Positions 51,400 to 63,001 of a stretch of 64,000 nucleotides of DNA are shown here, piece after piece. Within the stretch, counting starts at the first letter, position 1. Each line of letters begins with the position of its first letter. Made by a program: the position numbers and the translations under genes. The notes beneath the pieces were generated by a model that was not told where the DNA came from, did not search any database, and saw only the letters and a list, made by a program, of their open reading frames with translations. Source of the DNA: an uncultured Gemmatimonadales bacterium. GTDB lineage: Bacteria > Gemmatimonadota > Gemmatimonadetes > Longimicrobiales > Gaopeijiaceae. The stretch covers positions 231,460 through 295,459 of the forward strand of contig CAWGKG010000023.1 of the NCBI GenBank assembly GCA_963823035.1, in the 5' to 3' direction.

Positions 51400-53408
51400 A
51401 TGAAGGGTCCGGAACACGATCGCATCGGAAGTCCGCGAGGGCCGGAGGCGAGAGACCGGGCCTGAGGCTCCCTCCTCACGCCCGGGTCCGATTCGGCCGG
51501 CGGACGCGTCCGAGCTTTTTCAGGCCGCCTTCCGGGCCAGCCCCGACTCCGTGAACATCAACCGGTTGCGACGACGGGATGTACGTGGACGCCAACGAGG
51601 GGTTCACCGCCATCACCGGGTGGACGCGGGAGGAGGTCATCGGCCGAACCTCTCTGGAGATCGACGTCTGGGCCGATCCCGGGAACGGGGCCGGATGGTG
51701 GAGGGCCTCGACGCGCGACGGCCGCGTCGAGAACATGGAAGCCCGCTTCCGCATGAAGGACGGGAGGGTCCGGTGGGGACTCATGTCCGCCCGCATCCTG
51801 TCGATCGGCGAGGTACCCCACATCCTGTCCATCACCCGGGACATCACGGATCGCAAGGAGGCCGAAGAGCGCTTTCGCGAGAGTCAGTCCCGGCTGAACG
51901 CCGTGGTGTCCGCCGCCCCCCTCGTCCTGTGGGCTCTGGACCGGGACGGCCGGTTCACCCTCTCCGAGGGACTGGGTCTGGAGAGCATCGGGCTCGAACC
52001 CGGTGAGGCGGTGGGGCGATCCGTCTCCGAGCTCTACGGGGCATACCCCCGCTCCTCGCCGACGTCCGCGACGGCCTTGCAGGGGAAGAGGCTCACCGCA
52101 AGCCACCACGTCGGCGACCGGGTGTTCCAGAGCCGCATGATCCCCATGTTCTCGGGAGACGGGGCCGTGACCGGCATCCTCGGGGTCTCGCTGGACGTGA
52201 CCCAGGAGACGAACCTCCAGGCGCAGCTCCTGCAGGCCCAGAAGCTGGAGGCGGTCGGGCGGCTCGCCGGAGGCGTGGCCCACGACTTCAACAACCTCCT
52301 CACGGCCATCCAGGGGTACGGAGAGCTCCTCGCGGAGCGTTTGCGGGAGCCCCTGCCCGAGGAGCCGGAGGCGCTGGTCGAGATCCAGCAGGACCTGGAG
52401 GAGATCCGGAGGGCGGCGGAACGCGCCTCCGGCCTCACGACCCAACTCCTGGCCTTCAGCCGAAAGCAGGTCCTGGAGAAGAAGGTCCTGGACCTCAATC
52501 ACCAGGTGACGCAGGTCGAGCGGATGCTGAGGCGCCTGATCGGGGAGGACATCGTCCTCACCATGGAGCTGGCGCCGGATCTGCACCACGTGGAGGGCGA
52601 CGCGAGCCAGTTGGAGCAGGTCATCGTCAACCTCGCGGTCAACGCCCGGGACGCCATGCCGCGGGGCGGGCGCCTCGCTCTTTCCACCCGCAACAGGGAG
52701 ATCTCCGAGCCGATCTCGAGGGGGTACGGTGAGATCCCCCCGGGGTCCTACGTCGTGCTCTCCGTCGCCGACTCCGGGACCGGAATCCTCGCGGAAGATC
52801 GGCCCCACATCTTCGAGCCCTTCTTCACCACGAAGGCTCAGGGAAAGGGCACCGGCCTGGGCCTTCCCACCGTGTTCGGCATCGTCAAGCAGTCGGGGGG
52901 CCACGTCGAGGTGGAAAGCGAGGTCGGAAAGGGCACCGTGTTCAGCCTCTGGTTCCCGTCGACGACCGAGGCCGTCCCGGAAGACCCCGTCCGGGCCGTC
53001 CCCGACGCGGCGCCGGGAGAGGAGACCATCCTCCTGGTGGAAGACGACGACGCGGTACGGGGTCTGGTGGCCCAGGTGCTGACCGGGTGCGGGTATCACG
53101 TTCTCGAGGCGGCAGGCGCGCATGGCGCCACGGCCCTGAGCCGGGAATGGGAGGGACCCATTCACCTTCTCGTCACCGACGTGGTGATGCCCGAGATGGG
53201 CGGCAGGGATCTGGCCGCGCTCCTGACCGAGGAGCGACCAGGCCTCCCCGCCCTCTTCATCTCCGGCTATTCCGGCGCGGAGGACGTGCCGGAGGACTTC
53301 CCAGGGCCGGGGCAGGACTTCCTGCCGAAGCCCTTCTCTCCGGGTGCGCTGACGCGGAAGGTCCGCCGCATCCTGGACAGCCGGACGGATTCCGCGACGC
53401 CGGACTGA
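51400..53408 (+). CDS. PAS-PAS hybrid sensor histidine kinase with receiver (indels in 5' part)
   Basis: PAS motifs (DANEGF...DITDRK), H-box AHDFNNLL, NLAVNARDAM, FEPFFTTK, GTGLGL, receiver LLVEDD/TDVVMP/KPF. Confidence 0.92.
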
Positions 53409-53453
53409 CCTCCCCTTGGGGTGGAACATCGCCGAGCGAAGGAACCGGTCACC

Positions 53454-54906
53454 CTACCTGGGCCGCGCGTCGATCTCCGAGATCGCCTCGCGGATGTCGG
53501 CCAGACACCGTTCCATGCGGTCCAGGTGCGTGCGGAAGGACAGCACACAGATGCGAAGCGAGAAGCGATCGCCCACCCGGGTCCCGGTCAGATAGACGTT
53601 CTGCTTCGCGTTCACACGGGCGAGCAGCGCACGGTTGAGCGTCTCGAGCTCGGCCTCGGTGTGTCCGGCCGGAGCGAGTCGGAACGCGGTCAGCGACAGC
53701 CGCGGCTCGCGCCACGATCTCCATGTCGGGGATCTCCCGCAGCCGCTCGGCCGCCCAGCGCGCGAGGTCCATCTTCTCGTCGAGCGCGGCACGAAACGCG
53801 TCGATCCCGAAGAGCTTGATGGGAAGCCAGGCGCGGAGGCCGCGGAAATCCCGCGACAGCTCGGGTGACACGTCGCAGAAGTCGACGAAGTCCGAGTCGT
53901 GCTGCATGACCGGCATGTAGTCCGCGAAGGTGGCGTGCGCCCGACGGAGGGAGGTCTCGTCCCGCACCAACAGCGCCCCGGTGCCGTAGGGGAGGAAGAG
54001 CCCCTTGTGCGGGTCGAGCGTCACGGAGTCCGCTCGGGAGATACCCGCCATCGCCTCACGGCCGCGCTCGGTGAGCATGAACGGCGCACCATACGCGCCG
54101 TCCACGTGCAGCCACAGCCCTTCGAGCTCGGCGAGGTCCGCCAGCTCGGCCAAGGGGTCGACCGCGCCGGTGTTGGTCGTCCCGGCGCTCCCGACGATCA
54201 GGAACGGCTCGAGCCCGGCCGTCCGATCCTCCGTGATCCGACGGCCGAGCGCGTCCACCCGGATCTCGAAGGCGTCGTTCGTCGGAATCTCACGGACGTT
54301 GGCCTCGGGGAAGCCGGCCAGCACGGCGGCTTTGCGCACCGAATGGTGCGTTTGGTCGGACGTGTAGATCGTGCCGGACCAGAAGGCCTCGGGAAGTCGT
54401 TCCCTGCGCGCGGTGACGATCGCCGTGAAGTTGGCGAGCGATCCGCCGCTGGTGAGGATCCCCCCGCTGCCCGGGCCGTATCCCAGGATCTCACACAACC
54501 AGCGGACGACGTTGAGCTCGAGCTGCACCAGCGCCGGCGCCGCAACCCACACGCCGACGTAGCGGTTGATCCCGTTTGCGATCAGGTCCGCGACCGCAGC
54601 GGGGAAGACGCCGCCGCCCGGGATATAGGCGAGGTATCCCGGGCCGGCGGTGTTGAACGAGGTCGGGATCGCCTCCTCGAAGATCACGCGCATCAGGCTC
54701 GCGAAGTCCGTCGCCTGTTCCGGGAGACGCTCGACGAGGGCGCGAGCCTCGGCTCGCCCGTCGGTGTCGTACGACGCGGGCTGCTCCGGCAGCGCAGCGA
54801 TATGCTCCAGGACCAGCCGCGAGGCTTCGGCGAGCATGGCTCGCATCTCGTCGGGGGACGGTTCGAGCGGGTAGGCCACTGGGGTCATGGCGGGGCGCGG
54901 TGTCAT
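53454..54906 (-). CDS. Group II PLP-dependent amino-acid decarboxylase (frameshift near 53710)
   Basis: YLAYIPGGG, TSGGSLAN, AGTTNTGAVDPL, HVDGAYG, DPHKGLF (PLP lysine). Confidence 0.93.
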
Positions 54907-55812
54907 GGACCGTCCCCGGAGGGCTCCTGGGCCCCAAGCACGCACCGGGCCAGCCGACCGAGGAACTGGAAGGCCATGTGGAAGTGGTCCTCCAGCACGT
55001 CCAGGAACGGCTCGGTGTCCACGCGCAGCGCGACCACGTCGGTCACGGCCGACGCCGCGACGACACGGCGGGTGCGCGCCAACGTCGCCGGCAACCCCGG
55101 AACGCCTCCCGCGCCCACGTCCACGGACCACCCCGCCGTCGCGCTCGTGTAGCGCGCCAGGCCGTCGCAGACGAGGTAGAAGCCGTCGGCGGGGTCCCCG
55201 ACACGCCACAGCGGATCGCCGGCGCGCGAATCGGACGTCCCGCAGGTTGACCGCCAACTCGGCGAGGGCGTCCATGCTCGCTGATGGGAACGCCGGTGAC
55301 CGGTGGAGGGCCACGATGCGCCCGACTCGATCGAGCTCGCCCTGAACGGGCAGGGCGACCCCGGACCCGTCGCCCTGCACCACCAGGCGCAGGGCGACCG
55401 GATCCTGGGTGATCTGGCGGGCGATGCTCGAGACCAGGGAGAAGAGGATGGCGAAGTGGCGCTCGCAGACTTCGCGCAAGCCGTCGCCGTCCAGCTTGAG
55501 CGCCACCGTGTCCACGTCGACGGTGGCGTCGGTCGGTGAAGGCTCCTGCGAGAGGAGCTCCAGGAATCCCACAACGTCTCCGGCTCCGGCGGAGGTGACG
55601 CGACCGGCTCGTCGGAGCGTGATCGACCCGGCCACGATCACGTGGAGCTCCTGGGTCAGGCTCCCGCGGGTCAGCAGCGGCATCCCCTGGGGCAGAACGA
55701 CCTCTTCGGTCTCCTGGGCGAGCGCAGTGAGGTAGAGCGGAGCCAGCCCCTCCAGGGCCGGCAACATCCGCAGGTGGAGCAGCGGTCCCACGAAGAGGGG
55801 TCGCGTCGACAT
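54903..55812 (-). CDS. Protein with two cyclic-nucleotide-binding-like domains (frameshift near 55230)
   Basis: LHVIVAGSI...GDVVGFLE and LWRVGDPADGFYLVCDG...GLPATLA; stop/start overlaps with both neighbours. Confidence 0.8.
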
Positions 55813-58530
55813 CAGGCCTCTCCTCTGAGCGTTCGCGCGGCCCGGTCCAGCGTCGCCCGGTGCTCCGGTGAGACGGCGTGGCACGCTTCGATCACCGTGG
55901 CGAGCTCCGCGAAGCGCAGCTCGGCGGCGTGGGCAGCAGCCAACGCGCTCACCGACTCCATGCCACACTCCAACAGGGATTCGAGGACGCTGCCGTACGC
56001 TCGCTTCACGCCGGCCGGGCTCGGCCGCCCCGCCGGCCCGGCAGGCGTGGGCCCCGCGTGAAGATCGTCCACCAGGGTCAGGAGGGGACCGCGCACCTGG
56101 GGGAGCACGAGGTGCTCCAGCAGCTCACGACCTCCCGCCCTCGTCGCTTCGCGGGGGCTGTGGAGCCCGCGGTAGACACGCTGGAACTCCTCGCTCCCCG
56201 TGTGGAGGTTCAGGAGCCGAAAGACCCGCTCCAGCGTGTGGTCCTGCTTGTCCAGCAGGAGCGCCACCAGGATCTCGTGCAACTCCGTGCGTAGGTGGGG
56301 CGCGCCCGCCGCCCCCCGCTCCAGCGCCCGCCGCCATCCCATGAGCCGGAAGCCCGTGGTCAGCGCCTGGCCCAGCGTCTCCTGGAGGAGATCGCCGTCC
56401 AGCGTGACGTCGGGCTGGGAGTTCCTCCACCTGCCCAGCGCCCGCAGGATCTTGAAGCGGATCATCCCGTCGGGCTCCCTGCGCAGGTGACGCAGGAGGA
56501 GCTCCGGCGCCTGGGCCGAACCGATCATGCCGATGGCGCCCGGGGACGTGCCTGCGGATGGCCGGAGGCAGGTCGGGATCCACCAGGGCCTCGCCGAGCC
56601 GCGCCAGCGCCGCGGGCCCGAAGGCGGCCAGCGCCACGCGGACCTCCTCCCGGACGGCTCTCCGCGTGAGGAGGAGCAGCAGGGGCGACATGAGCGCCGG
56701 GCTCCGCATCTCGCGAGCGGCGGCCACCGCGCGCAGCACGACGGCCGGCTCCTCGTCGGCCAGGAGCTCCTGCAGGAGCGGCTCCAGGACGGGATGGGGC
56801 AGCGCCTGGATGGCCCGTGCCACCGCCTCGCGGGTGTCGGCGTCGGCCCGACGTACGGCGTCGGCGAGCTGGGTACGGCCCGCTTCGCCTTCCGCGAGGC
56901 CCAGCGCGACCAGGCCGGCCCGTGCGGTGAGCGACACGGCCGGCTCCGGATCGAGGGCGGCCGCCTCCAGCGTCGCCCGGTCGGGTCCCAGGACCAGACG
57001 CGCCCGCACGGTGGCCGCACGCACGCGGGCCTCGGGATGAGGGAGGAGTCGCTCGGTCAGGGGAAGGACATCCTCCCGGCGCGCGGCCACGAAGACGTCC
57101 AGGGCCCGTTCCACCACCAGGGGCGACGGGTGGTACAGGATCAGCGCGGGCACGACGCCGGCCTTCCCCTGGTCGCGCAACACCTCCAGGGCCGCCACCA
57201 CCCGGCGGTCGTCGGGAGCGTTGAGGGTGGCCAGCAACGTCTCCAGGGATGCCATGTCCAGCGTCGGGAACTCGGATACGCTGCCGCCCGCCTCTTTGTG
57301 AAGGGTCTCGCGAAAGAGGTTGAGGTAGTGCTCGCGCAGGCCCAGCGCGACGACCAGCCACGCCACGGCCGTGAGGCACGCGATCGCGGCGAACACGGTC
57401 TCCCTGCCGGTGGTGGACAGCACCATGAGGATCAGGACCGACGCGAGGGCCTGTCCGCCACGTTGGCCGAGGACGTCGATCACGCCCTTGACGCGGGTGC
57501 GGAGTCGATCCGACAGGGGGATGAACAGAAGCTCCGCGCCGGTCCGATAGAGGGAGTGGCGCAGCGCGCCGTCCGCGCCCTTCAGGACCAGGGCCAGCGT
57601 GAGGCCGCCCCCCACCGCGAAGCCGAGCGTAGCCACCAGAAAGACCGCAGGGACGGCGGCCACGGTGGCCACCAGGCCCAGGTGACGAAGGAGCCACGCC
57701 ACCACCAGCACCTGGATCACCAGCGAGAGGAGGTTCAGCGACAGGTAGACGCTGGCGAAGAACTCACCGAGCTGCTCCGGCGGCACGTACCGGCCCGCCG
57801 TGCTCTTGAAGACGTAGTCCACCAGCGTGAACGTCACGGTCGCCAACAACACCATGGCCGCGACCCGCAACAGGTACGGGCCCGACCAGATCATGCGGGC
57901 CACGCGCCCCAGGTCGGCGTCCGCCCGCCGGCGACGCGGCTCCCCGACCGCCGGCTCGCCCAGGAACGACGGTGCCCGGGACGCCAGGAAGAACACGGCG
58001 GCCGCGGCCAGCACGAGATGACGTGCCGGGAGCGCCTCCGTGAGGGCCCGGGCGATCGCCGACCCGGCGATGGCGCCGGCCACGCTTCCCGAGGCGATGA
58101 CCGGGAACACCCGCTTGGCCTGCGTGACGGAGAAACGGTTCCCCAGCACCGTCCAGAAGCGGACCACCACGAGCGACGCGAGCACGCCCGACCAGACGTA
58201 GAGGGCGTAGTAGACCCAGTCCCGCCCATCGGTGGCCACCACCCAGAAGGCCAGCGTCACCAGCGCCGCGAAGACCATCCACCGGCTCAGCTCGTTCCGG
58301 GCCGAGAGCTTGCGTACGACCCGCGGTTCCCGCTGGCCGATCGCGATCGCCAGGATCGCGATGATGAGGTAGACCCAGGGCAACCGCCGGGCCGGGATGC
58401 TGGCCAGGAAGAGGGCGTCGCGCGCCGTTTCCAGAAGCGCGTGCCCCGCCAGGAAGCCGAACAGGGTGAGGAACGCTCCGAGGGCGTCACGGCGCTCGTC
58501 GGGCCGCACCCGGGCCACGAGGCCGAACAT
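55812..58530 (-). CDS. NTT/TLC (Npt1-like) nucleotide translocase domain fused to HEAT repeats (frameshift near 56540; start uncertain)
   Basis: LLETARDALFL, FWTVLGNRFSVTQAKRVFP, LVDYVFK, LRHSLYRTGAELLFIP, KGVIDV...QRGG; ~12 TM then HEAT-like helices. Confidence 0.85.
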
Positions 58531-58621
58531 GCGCAGGGAAAACGCGTTCAGGCGACGGTAGACGTCGGCGCTGCTCTCGAGGATCCGCTGCGGCAAGGAG
58601 GCGGTCCGGGGTTCGGGGCCA

Positions 58622-58641
58622 CCGGAAGAGACATCTTCCGG
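58622..58641. promoter_or_regulatory. Perfect dyad in divergent intergenic region
   Basis: CCGGAAGA-gaca-TCTTCCGG. Confidence 0.4.
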
Positions 58642-58705
58642 GAACGGCAATCTGCCACTGCGGTACTTCCTTGGGCCACCCCATCTCGTCGCCAGGAGCG
58701 TCGCC

Positions 58706-61663
58706 ATGTCGCCCTCCGCCGTCGTCGGCCGCGGAGCTCTGATCACCGTGGTGCTCCTGACGGGCGCGTCGCCCCTCGCCGGCCAACAGGCCTTCCCGGC
58801 CGCACCGGATGCCGAGGTGGTGGCCGAGGTGAGGACCGCCGTGGAGGCCATGAAGCGGGACGAGCGCGGCCCCTACTCGAGGATCCGCTGGTACTGTGCG
58901 GACGGATCGGTCCTGCCCCCGGGCGGCACGCCCTGCACCGCCCTGGGGGGCGGCGTCCAGCATGCGGAGTACGGTCCGGCCGCCGTGCGCCTCGCCGCGC
59001 TGGGATACCACGTGGGGACCATTCTCCAGGCGACGTCCTACGAAGCCTTCGCCGACACGGCCAACGCCGGGTATCGGCTGCGGGAGATGGTGATGGAGGC
59101 ATACCTCACCGACGTCGACGACGGGTGGGTCCTGCGCCGTGCCCGGTACTATCGGGGCGCCCGGCAGATCGAGAACGAGGAGGCCACCGGCCGGGTGCAC
59201 CTGGAGCGGCGGGTGGGCGACGCGGCCTGGCTGCGGGGCAACTACCTCCTGGCCATGCGACTCGCCACGGACGTGCCGCACCCCCATCTGGGCGGGGAGC
59301 GCACCATGGATCGCATCCGTGCCCTGGCCAGCGAGATCGCCCAGACCGAACCGGAGTTCCTCCGGATCCGCGTGAAGATCCACTCGGTCCCGTCCAGGGA
59401 GGACGTGGATGCGGTGGCGCGTTACCTGAGCAGCCACCCCACCTCGGGTGCGTCCGACAAGCTGACGGAGCTCAGGGACCTTCTGCGCCAGCAGTACGAT
59501 CCCGCCCGGGCCCTGGTATCCCTGGGCGCCTACGAGCGCGTGGTCCCCCCGTCGCTCCGCGACGCCCTCGGAGCCGCGCGGGCCGCCATGGAGCGGAGAG
59601 ATGCCGCAGGATCCCTCGCGGCACTCGCAACGCTATCGGTCGCGGCCCGCCAGGAGGCCGAGTCGGGCGGACGTGCCTCGTTGACGTTGGACCTGCTGGA
59701 CCTCCAGTCGAGCCTCCAGGAACGAGCGTTCGTCCTCGCCCAGGGCGCTTCGGGTCCGAGTGCCGGAGCCACGCGCGCGGGGGCCCTGGCAACGCTCGGC
59801 CGGTTCGTGGATCTGGCGTACGGCGGAGGTTACCTCTCGGGCCGCGAGCGTGCCACGCTCCAGGGGCAGATCGCCTCCCTGGTCGACGCGGACGACGTGG
59901 AAGCCCTCACCTACAAGACCCGGATGAGCAGCCTCGCGCGCAGCCTGGACTGGGCCCGGGGAACCGTACGCGGCACCTTCGCCCCGGCCGTGGAACGGTA
60001 CACGCCCATGGAGCCGAAGGCAGCCGGGCTGTACGACGCGCTCCTGCGCGGCTCGGTGCTCCTCCCCCTGTCGCGCACCCTGGATGCCCTCCAGACCGAC
60101 GCCGACGTGGCGCTCGGATCCTCCCATGACATCCTCGGCGTCTCCGTGGGGCACGGGGTGCGGGGGCTCAATCCGGGCGTTGCGATGCGTCCATTCCGGA
60201 TCCTCCGGGACGGAGACGGGGGTGACGTGGACGCCCGCACGATCTACGCGCTTCCGGAAACCCCGGCGGAGCTCAAGCCGGTGGCGGGCGTCCTGACGCT
60301 GGACGTGGGGAACCTCCTCTCCCACGTGCAGCTCCTGGCCCGGAACCTGGGCATTCCGAACGCAGCGGTGGACCCATCCCTCCTGCCACGCCTGGAGCAA
60401 GCCGACGGCAGGGAGGTGTTCTACGCCGTCTCGCCCTTCGGTCGGGTCGTCCTGAAGTGGCCCAGCGACCTCGACGACGAGGAGCGCGCACTGGTCGCGA
60501 CGGGACAGCCTGCCCAGACGGAGAAGTACGCGCTGGACGTCTCGCGTCTCCGGCTGGATGTGACCGATCCGATCCCGCTAGCGGACCTGCGCTCGGCCCA
60601 GTCCGGCGTGGTCGTGGGACCCAAGGCGGCCAACCTGGGGCAACTCGCCGCCGACTTCCCCGGGCGGGTCTCCAGGGGTGTCGCGCTTCCCTTCGGGATG
60701 TTCGTTCGCCACGCCAGTCGCCCCTTCGAGGGCAGCGACGGAACCGTCCTGGACGAGCTCCGGGGAGCCTACGCGCACGCCGCCGAGATGCGACGCGCCG
60801 GGGAGCCGGACGCCGCCGTGAACGCGTACATGCTGGAGCGTCTGGCCTGGGTGCGGCGGGCCGTCGAGGGACTGGACTGGCTGCCCGACATGAGGCGGCA
60901 GGTCGTGGACGCCCTCAACACGACGCTCGGCGGCGAGGTGAGTCGCGGCGTGTTCGTGAGAAGCGACACCAACGTGGAGGACCTCCCCCAGTTCTCCGGC
61001 GCCGGGCTCAACCTCACGGTGCCGAACCAGACCTCGGTGGAGGAGGTCCTCTCCTCGGTGAAACGCGTGTGGACTTCTCCGTTCAGCGAGCGCGCCTATC
61101 TGTGGCGCAGCCAGATCCTGGACGAACAGGGAGACGTCTATCCCTCGGTGCTCCTGCTGGAGAGCGTCCCGTCGGAGAAATCGGGTGTCCTGATCACGTC
61201 GGGCCTCCAGGAAGGTCGGCCCGAGGACCTCACGGTGGTCACGGCCGAGGGCGTCGGCGGTGCGGTGGACGGCGAGGACGCCGAGACCCTTCTGGTCAGC
61301 CCCGACGGCTCCGTCCAGCTTCTCTCCCAGGCCAAGGCACCCCGGAAGCGGCAGGTCGCCCCCGGCGGCACACGCTGGGTGGCGGCGACGCGCCCGGACA
61401 CCCTGCTGCAACCCGGGGAGCTGGCCCAGCTCCGGAACGTGGTGGCGACCTGGAAGACGCTGAAGAAGGGAACGCCCGACGAAGGTCAGACCTGGGACAT
61501 GGAGTTCGCCTTCGTGGGCGGGCAGCTCTGGCTCCTGCAGATCCGTCCCTTCATCCGCTTCCGGAACAGCGACCTGTACGCGCGCCTGGAACGTCTGGAC
61601 GCCGACGCGGTGCGCAACGGCCATCGCATCGTGCGCCTCTCCCAACCCATGGGTGGAATGTGA
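58706..61663 (+). CDS. Exported dikinase-like protein: helical N-domain, phospho-His domain, C-terminal PPDK_N ATP-grasp
   Basis: Signal peptide ending LAG-QQ; AGVLTLDVGNLLSHVQLLARN (His540); VGPKAANL; VALPFG; FVRSDTNVEDLPQFSGAGL; VWTSPFSERA; DMEFAF...LLQIRP. Confidence 0.88.
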   Translation: MSPSAVVGRGALITVVLLTGASPLAGQQAFPAAPDAEVVAEVRTAVEAMKRDERGPYSRIRWYCADGSVLPPGGTPCTALGGGVQHAEYGPAAVRLAALGYHVGTILQATSYEAFADTANAGYRLREMVMEAYLTDVDDGWVLRRARYYRGARQIENEEATGRVHLERRVGDAAWLRGNYLLAMRLATDVPHPHLGGERTMDRIRALASEIAQTEPEFLRIRVKIHSVPSREDVDAVARYLSSHPTSGASDKLTELRDLLRQQYDPARALVSLGAYERVVPPSLRDALGAARAAMERRDAAGSLAALATLSVAARQEAESGGRASLTLDLLDLQSSLQERAFVLAQGASGPSAGATRAGALATLGRFVDLAYGGGYLSGRERATLQGQIASLVDADDVEALTYKTRMSSLARSLDWARGTVRGTFAPAVERYTPMEPKAAGLYDALLRGSVLLPLSRTLDALQTDADVALGSSHDILGVSVGHGVRGLNPGVAMRPFRILRDGDGGDVDARTIYALPETPAELKPVAGVLTLDVGNLLSHVQLLARNLGIPNAAVDPSLLPRLEQADGREVFYAVSPFGRVVLKWPSDLDDEERALVATGQPAQTEKYALDVSRLRLDVTDPIPLADLRSAQSGVVVGPKAANLGQLAADFPGRVSRGVALPFGMFVRHASRPFEGSDGTVLDELRGAYAHAAEMRRAGEPDAAVNAYMLERLAWVRRAVEGLDWLPDMRRQVVDALNTTLGGEVSRGVFVRSDTNVEDLPQFSGAGLNLTVPNQTSVEEVLSSVKRVWTSPFSERAYLWRSQILDEQGDVYPSVLLLESVPSEKSGVLITSGLQEGRPEDLTVVTAEGVGGAVDGEDAETLLVSPDGSVQLLSQAKAPRKRQVAPGGTRWVAATRPDTLLQPGELAQLRNVVATWKTLKKGTPDEGQTWDMEFAFVGGQLWLLQIRPFIRFRNSDLYARLERLDADAVRNGHRIVRLSQPMGGM

Positions 61664-62976
61664 AGACCGCCGGTCCCCTACGCTGGAAGGTGCTGGCGGT
61701 TGTGGCCGGCGCGATGCTCCTCCTCCCCACCGCGGCGTGGCTGGGAGGGTACCCGCTCGACGGATACGAGACGACGGGGATCCGGCGACTCAGGGCGTAT
61801 CGCATGATGCAGGAGGGCACGATGCCCGGGAACGTCCGGCTGAAGCCGGGCGCCATGATGTCGCGCAACGCCATCAAGCTTCGCTTGAAAGGCGTGAACG
61901 ACACCCTCGACATCCCCGCCAACCGCCCCGTCGACCGGGAGTTGCAGGCGGGGATCGAGCGCATCATCGGGGACCGAAGCTCCTCGTACCGCATCGCCGT
62001 CCTGGACATCACGGATCCCAATGCTACCCGGTACGCGGCGATCAAGCAGGACCAGGGCTACATCCCGGGCAGCGTCGGAAAGCTCCTGGTGCTCACGGGT
62101 CTCTTCAACGAGCTCCGGAAGCTGTACCCCGACGACGTGGAGGCGCGCGCGCGCGTGCTTCGGGAGACCCGCGTGGTCGCGGACCAGTTCGCCATGCCCA
62201 ACAGCCACTCGGTGCCCGTGGTGGAGCCCGACTGGTCGCGCGTGGTCCACCGGCCGATACGCCTCGGCGACGAGTTCTCGCTGTGGGAGTGGGTGGACCA
62301 CATGCTCTCCCCCAGCTCCAACGCCGCGGGGGCCGTGGTCTGGAAGGAGGCGCTCCTGCTCAACGAGTTCGGACGGCGCTACCCCCCCTCCAGGGAGGAA
62401 GCCGCCGCGTTCTTCAAGAACACGCCCAGGAGCGAGCTCACGGATCGCTCCATCCGCATCCTGGAGGACCCCCTGCTGGCGATGGGCCTGGACACCTCGC
62501 TGCTCCGCCTGCGCACCTACTTCACCCGGGGTGCGTCCCAGATCATCCCCGGTCGCAGCAGCTTCGCGTCGCCCAGGACGCTGGTCCGTTGGCTGATGAA
62601 GATGGAGCAGGGCAAGGTCGTGGACGAGTGGAGCAGCCTCGAGGCCAAGCGGCTGCTCTACTTCACGCGCAACCGATACCGATACGCGGCATCCCCCGCC
62701 CTGAACGACGCCGCGGTATATTTCAAGTCGGGATCCCTCTACCGGTGTCAGCCGGAAGAGGGTTTTCAGTGCGTGCAGTACATGGGGAACGTCGAGAACC
62801 TCATGCATTCGGTCACCGTCGTGGAGACGCCGGCGGGGGCGGAACATCCTCGTGTCTATCTTGTCTCAGTGATGTCCAACGTGCTCAAGGTCAACTCGGC
62901 CGCGGAGCACATGCAGATCGGAACGCAGATCGAGCGCCTCATCGCCAGCCTGCATCCCGAGATGCCGAAACCCTAG
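61660..62976 (+). CDS. Exported serine hydrolase, class A beta-lactamase-like fold
   Basis: GTGA overlap; signal peptide; GSVGK (SxxK), SSN (SxN), FKSG (KxG). Confidence 0.85.
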   Translation: MKTAGPLRWKVLAVVAGAMLLLPTAAWLGGYPLDGYETTGIRRLRAYRMMQEGTMPGNVRLKPGAMMSRNAIKLRLKGVNDTLDIPANRPVDRELQAGIERIIGDRSSSYRIAVLDITDPNATRYAAIKQDQGYIPGSVGKLLVLTGLFNELRKLYPDDVEARARVLRETRVVADQFAMPNSHSVPVVEPDWSRVVHRPIRLGDEFSLWEWVDHMLSPSSNAAGAVVWKEALLLNEFGRRYPPSREEAAAFFKNTPRSELTDRSIRILEDPLLAMGLDTSLLRLRTYFTRGASQIIPGRSSFASPRTLVRWLMKMEQGKVVDEWSSLEAKRLLYFTRNRYRYAASPALNDAAVYFKSGSLYRCQPEEGFQCVQYMGNVENLMHSVTVVETPAGAEHPRVYLVSVMSNVLKVNSAAEHMQIGTQIERLIASLHPEMPKP

Positions 62977-63001
62977 GGTCGCCCAGGAGCGCACCACTCG
63001 A

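Noticed and set aside
53449..55968. Apparent cNMP-domain/decarboxylase fusion
   Set aside because: Indel near 55230; the cNMP protein ends in another frame at 54903 with an ATGA overlap.
58641..58655. Possible sigma-54 promoter GGAACGGCAATCTGC before the dikinase
   Set aside because: GG-to-GC spacing is 11 nt rather than the required 10.
58706..61663. Annotation as PEP synthase or rifamycin phosphotransferase
   Set aside because: Domain order is reversed, no pyruvate-binding barrel is evident, and a signal peptide is present.
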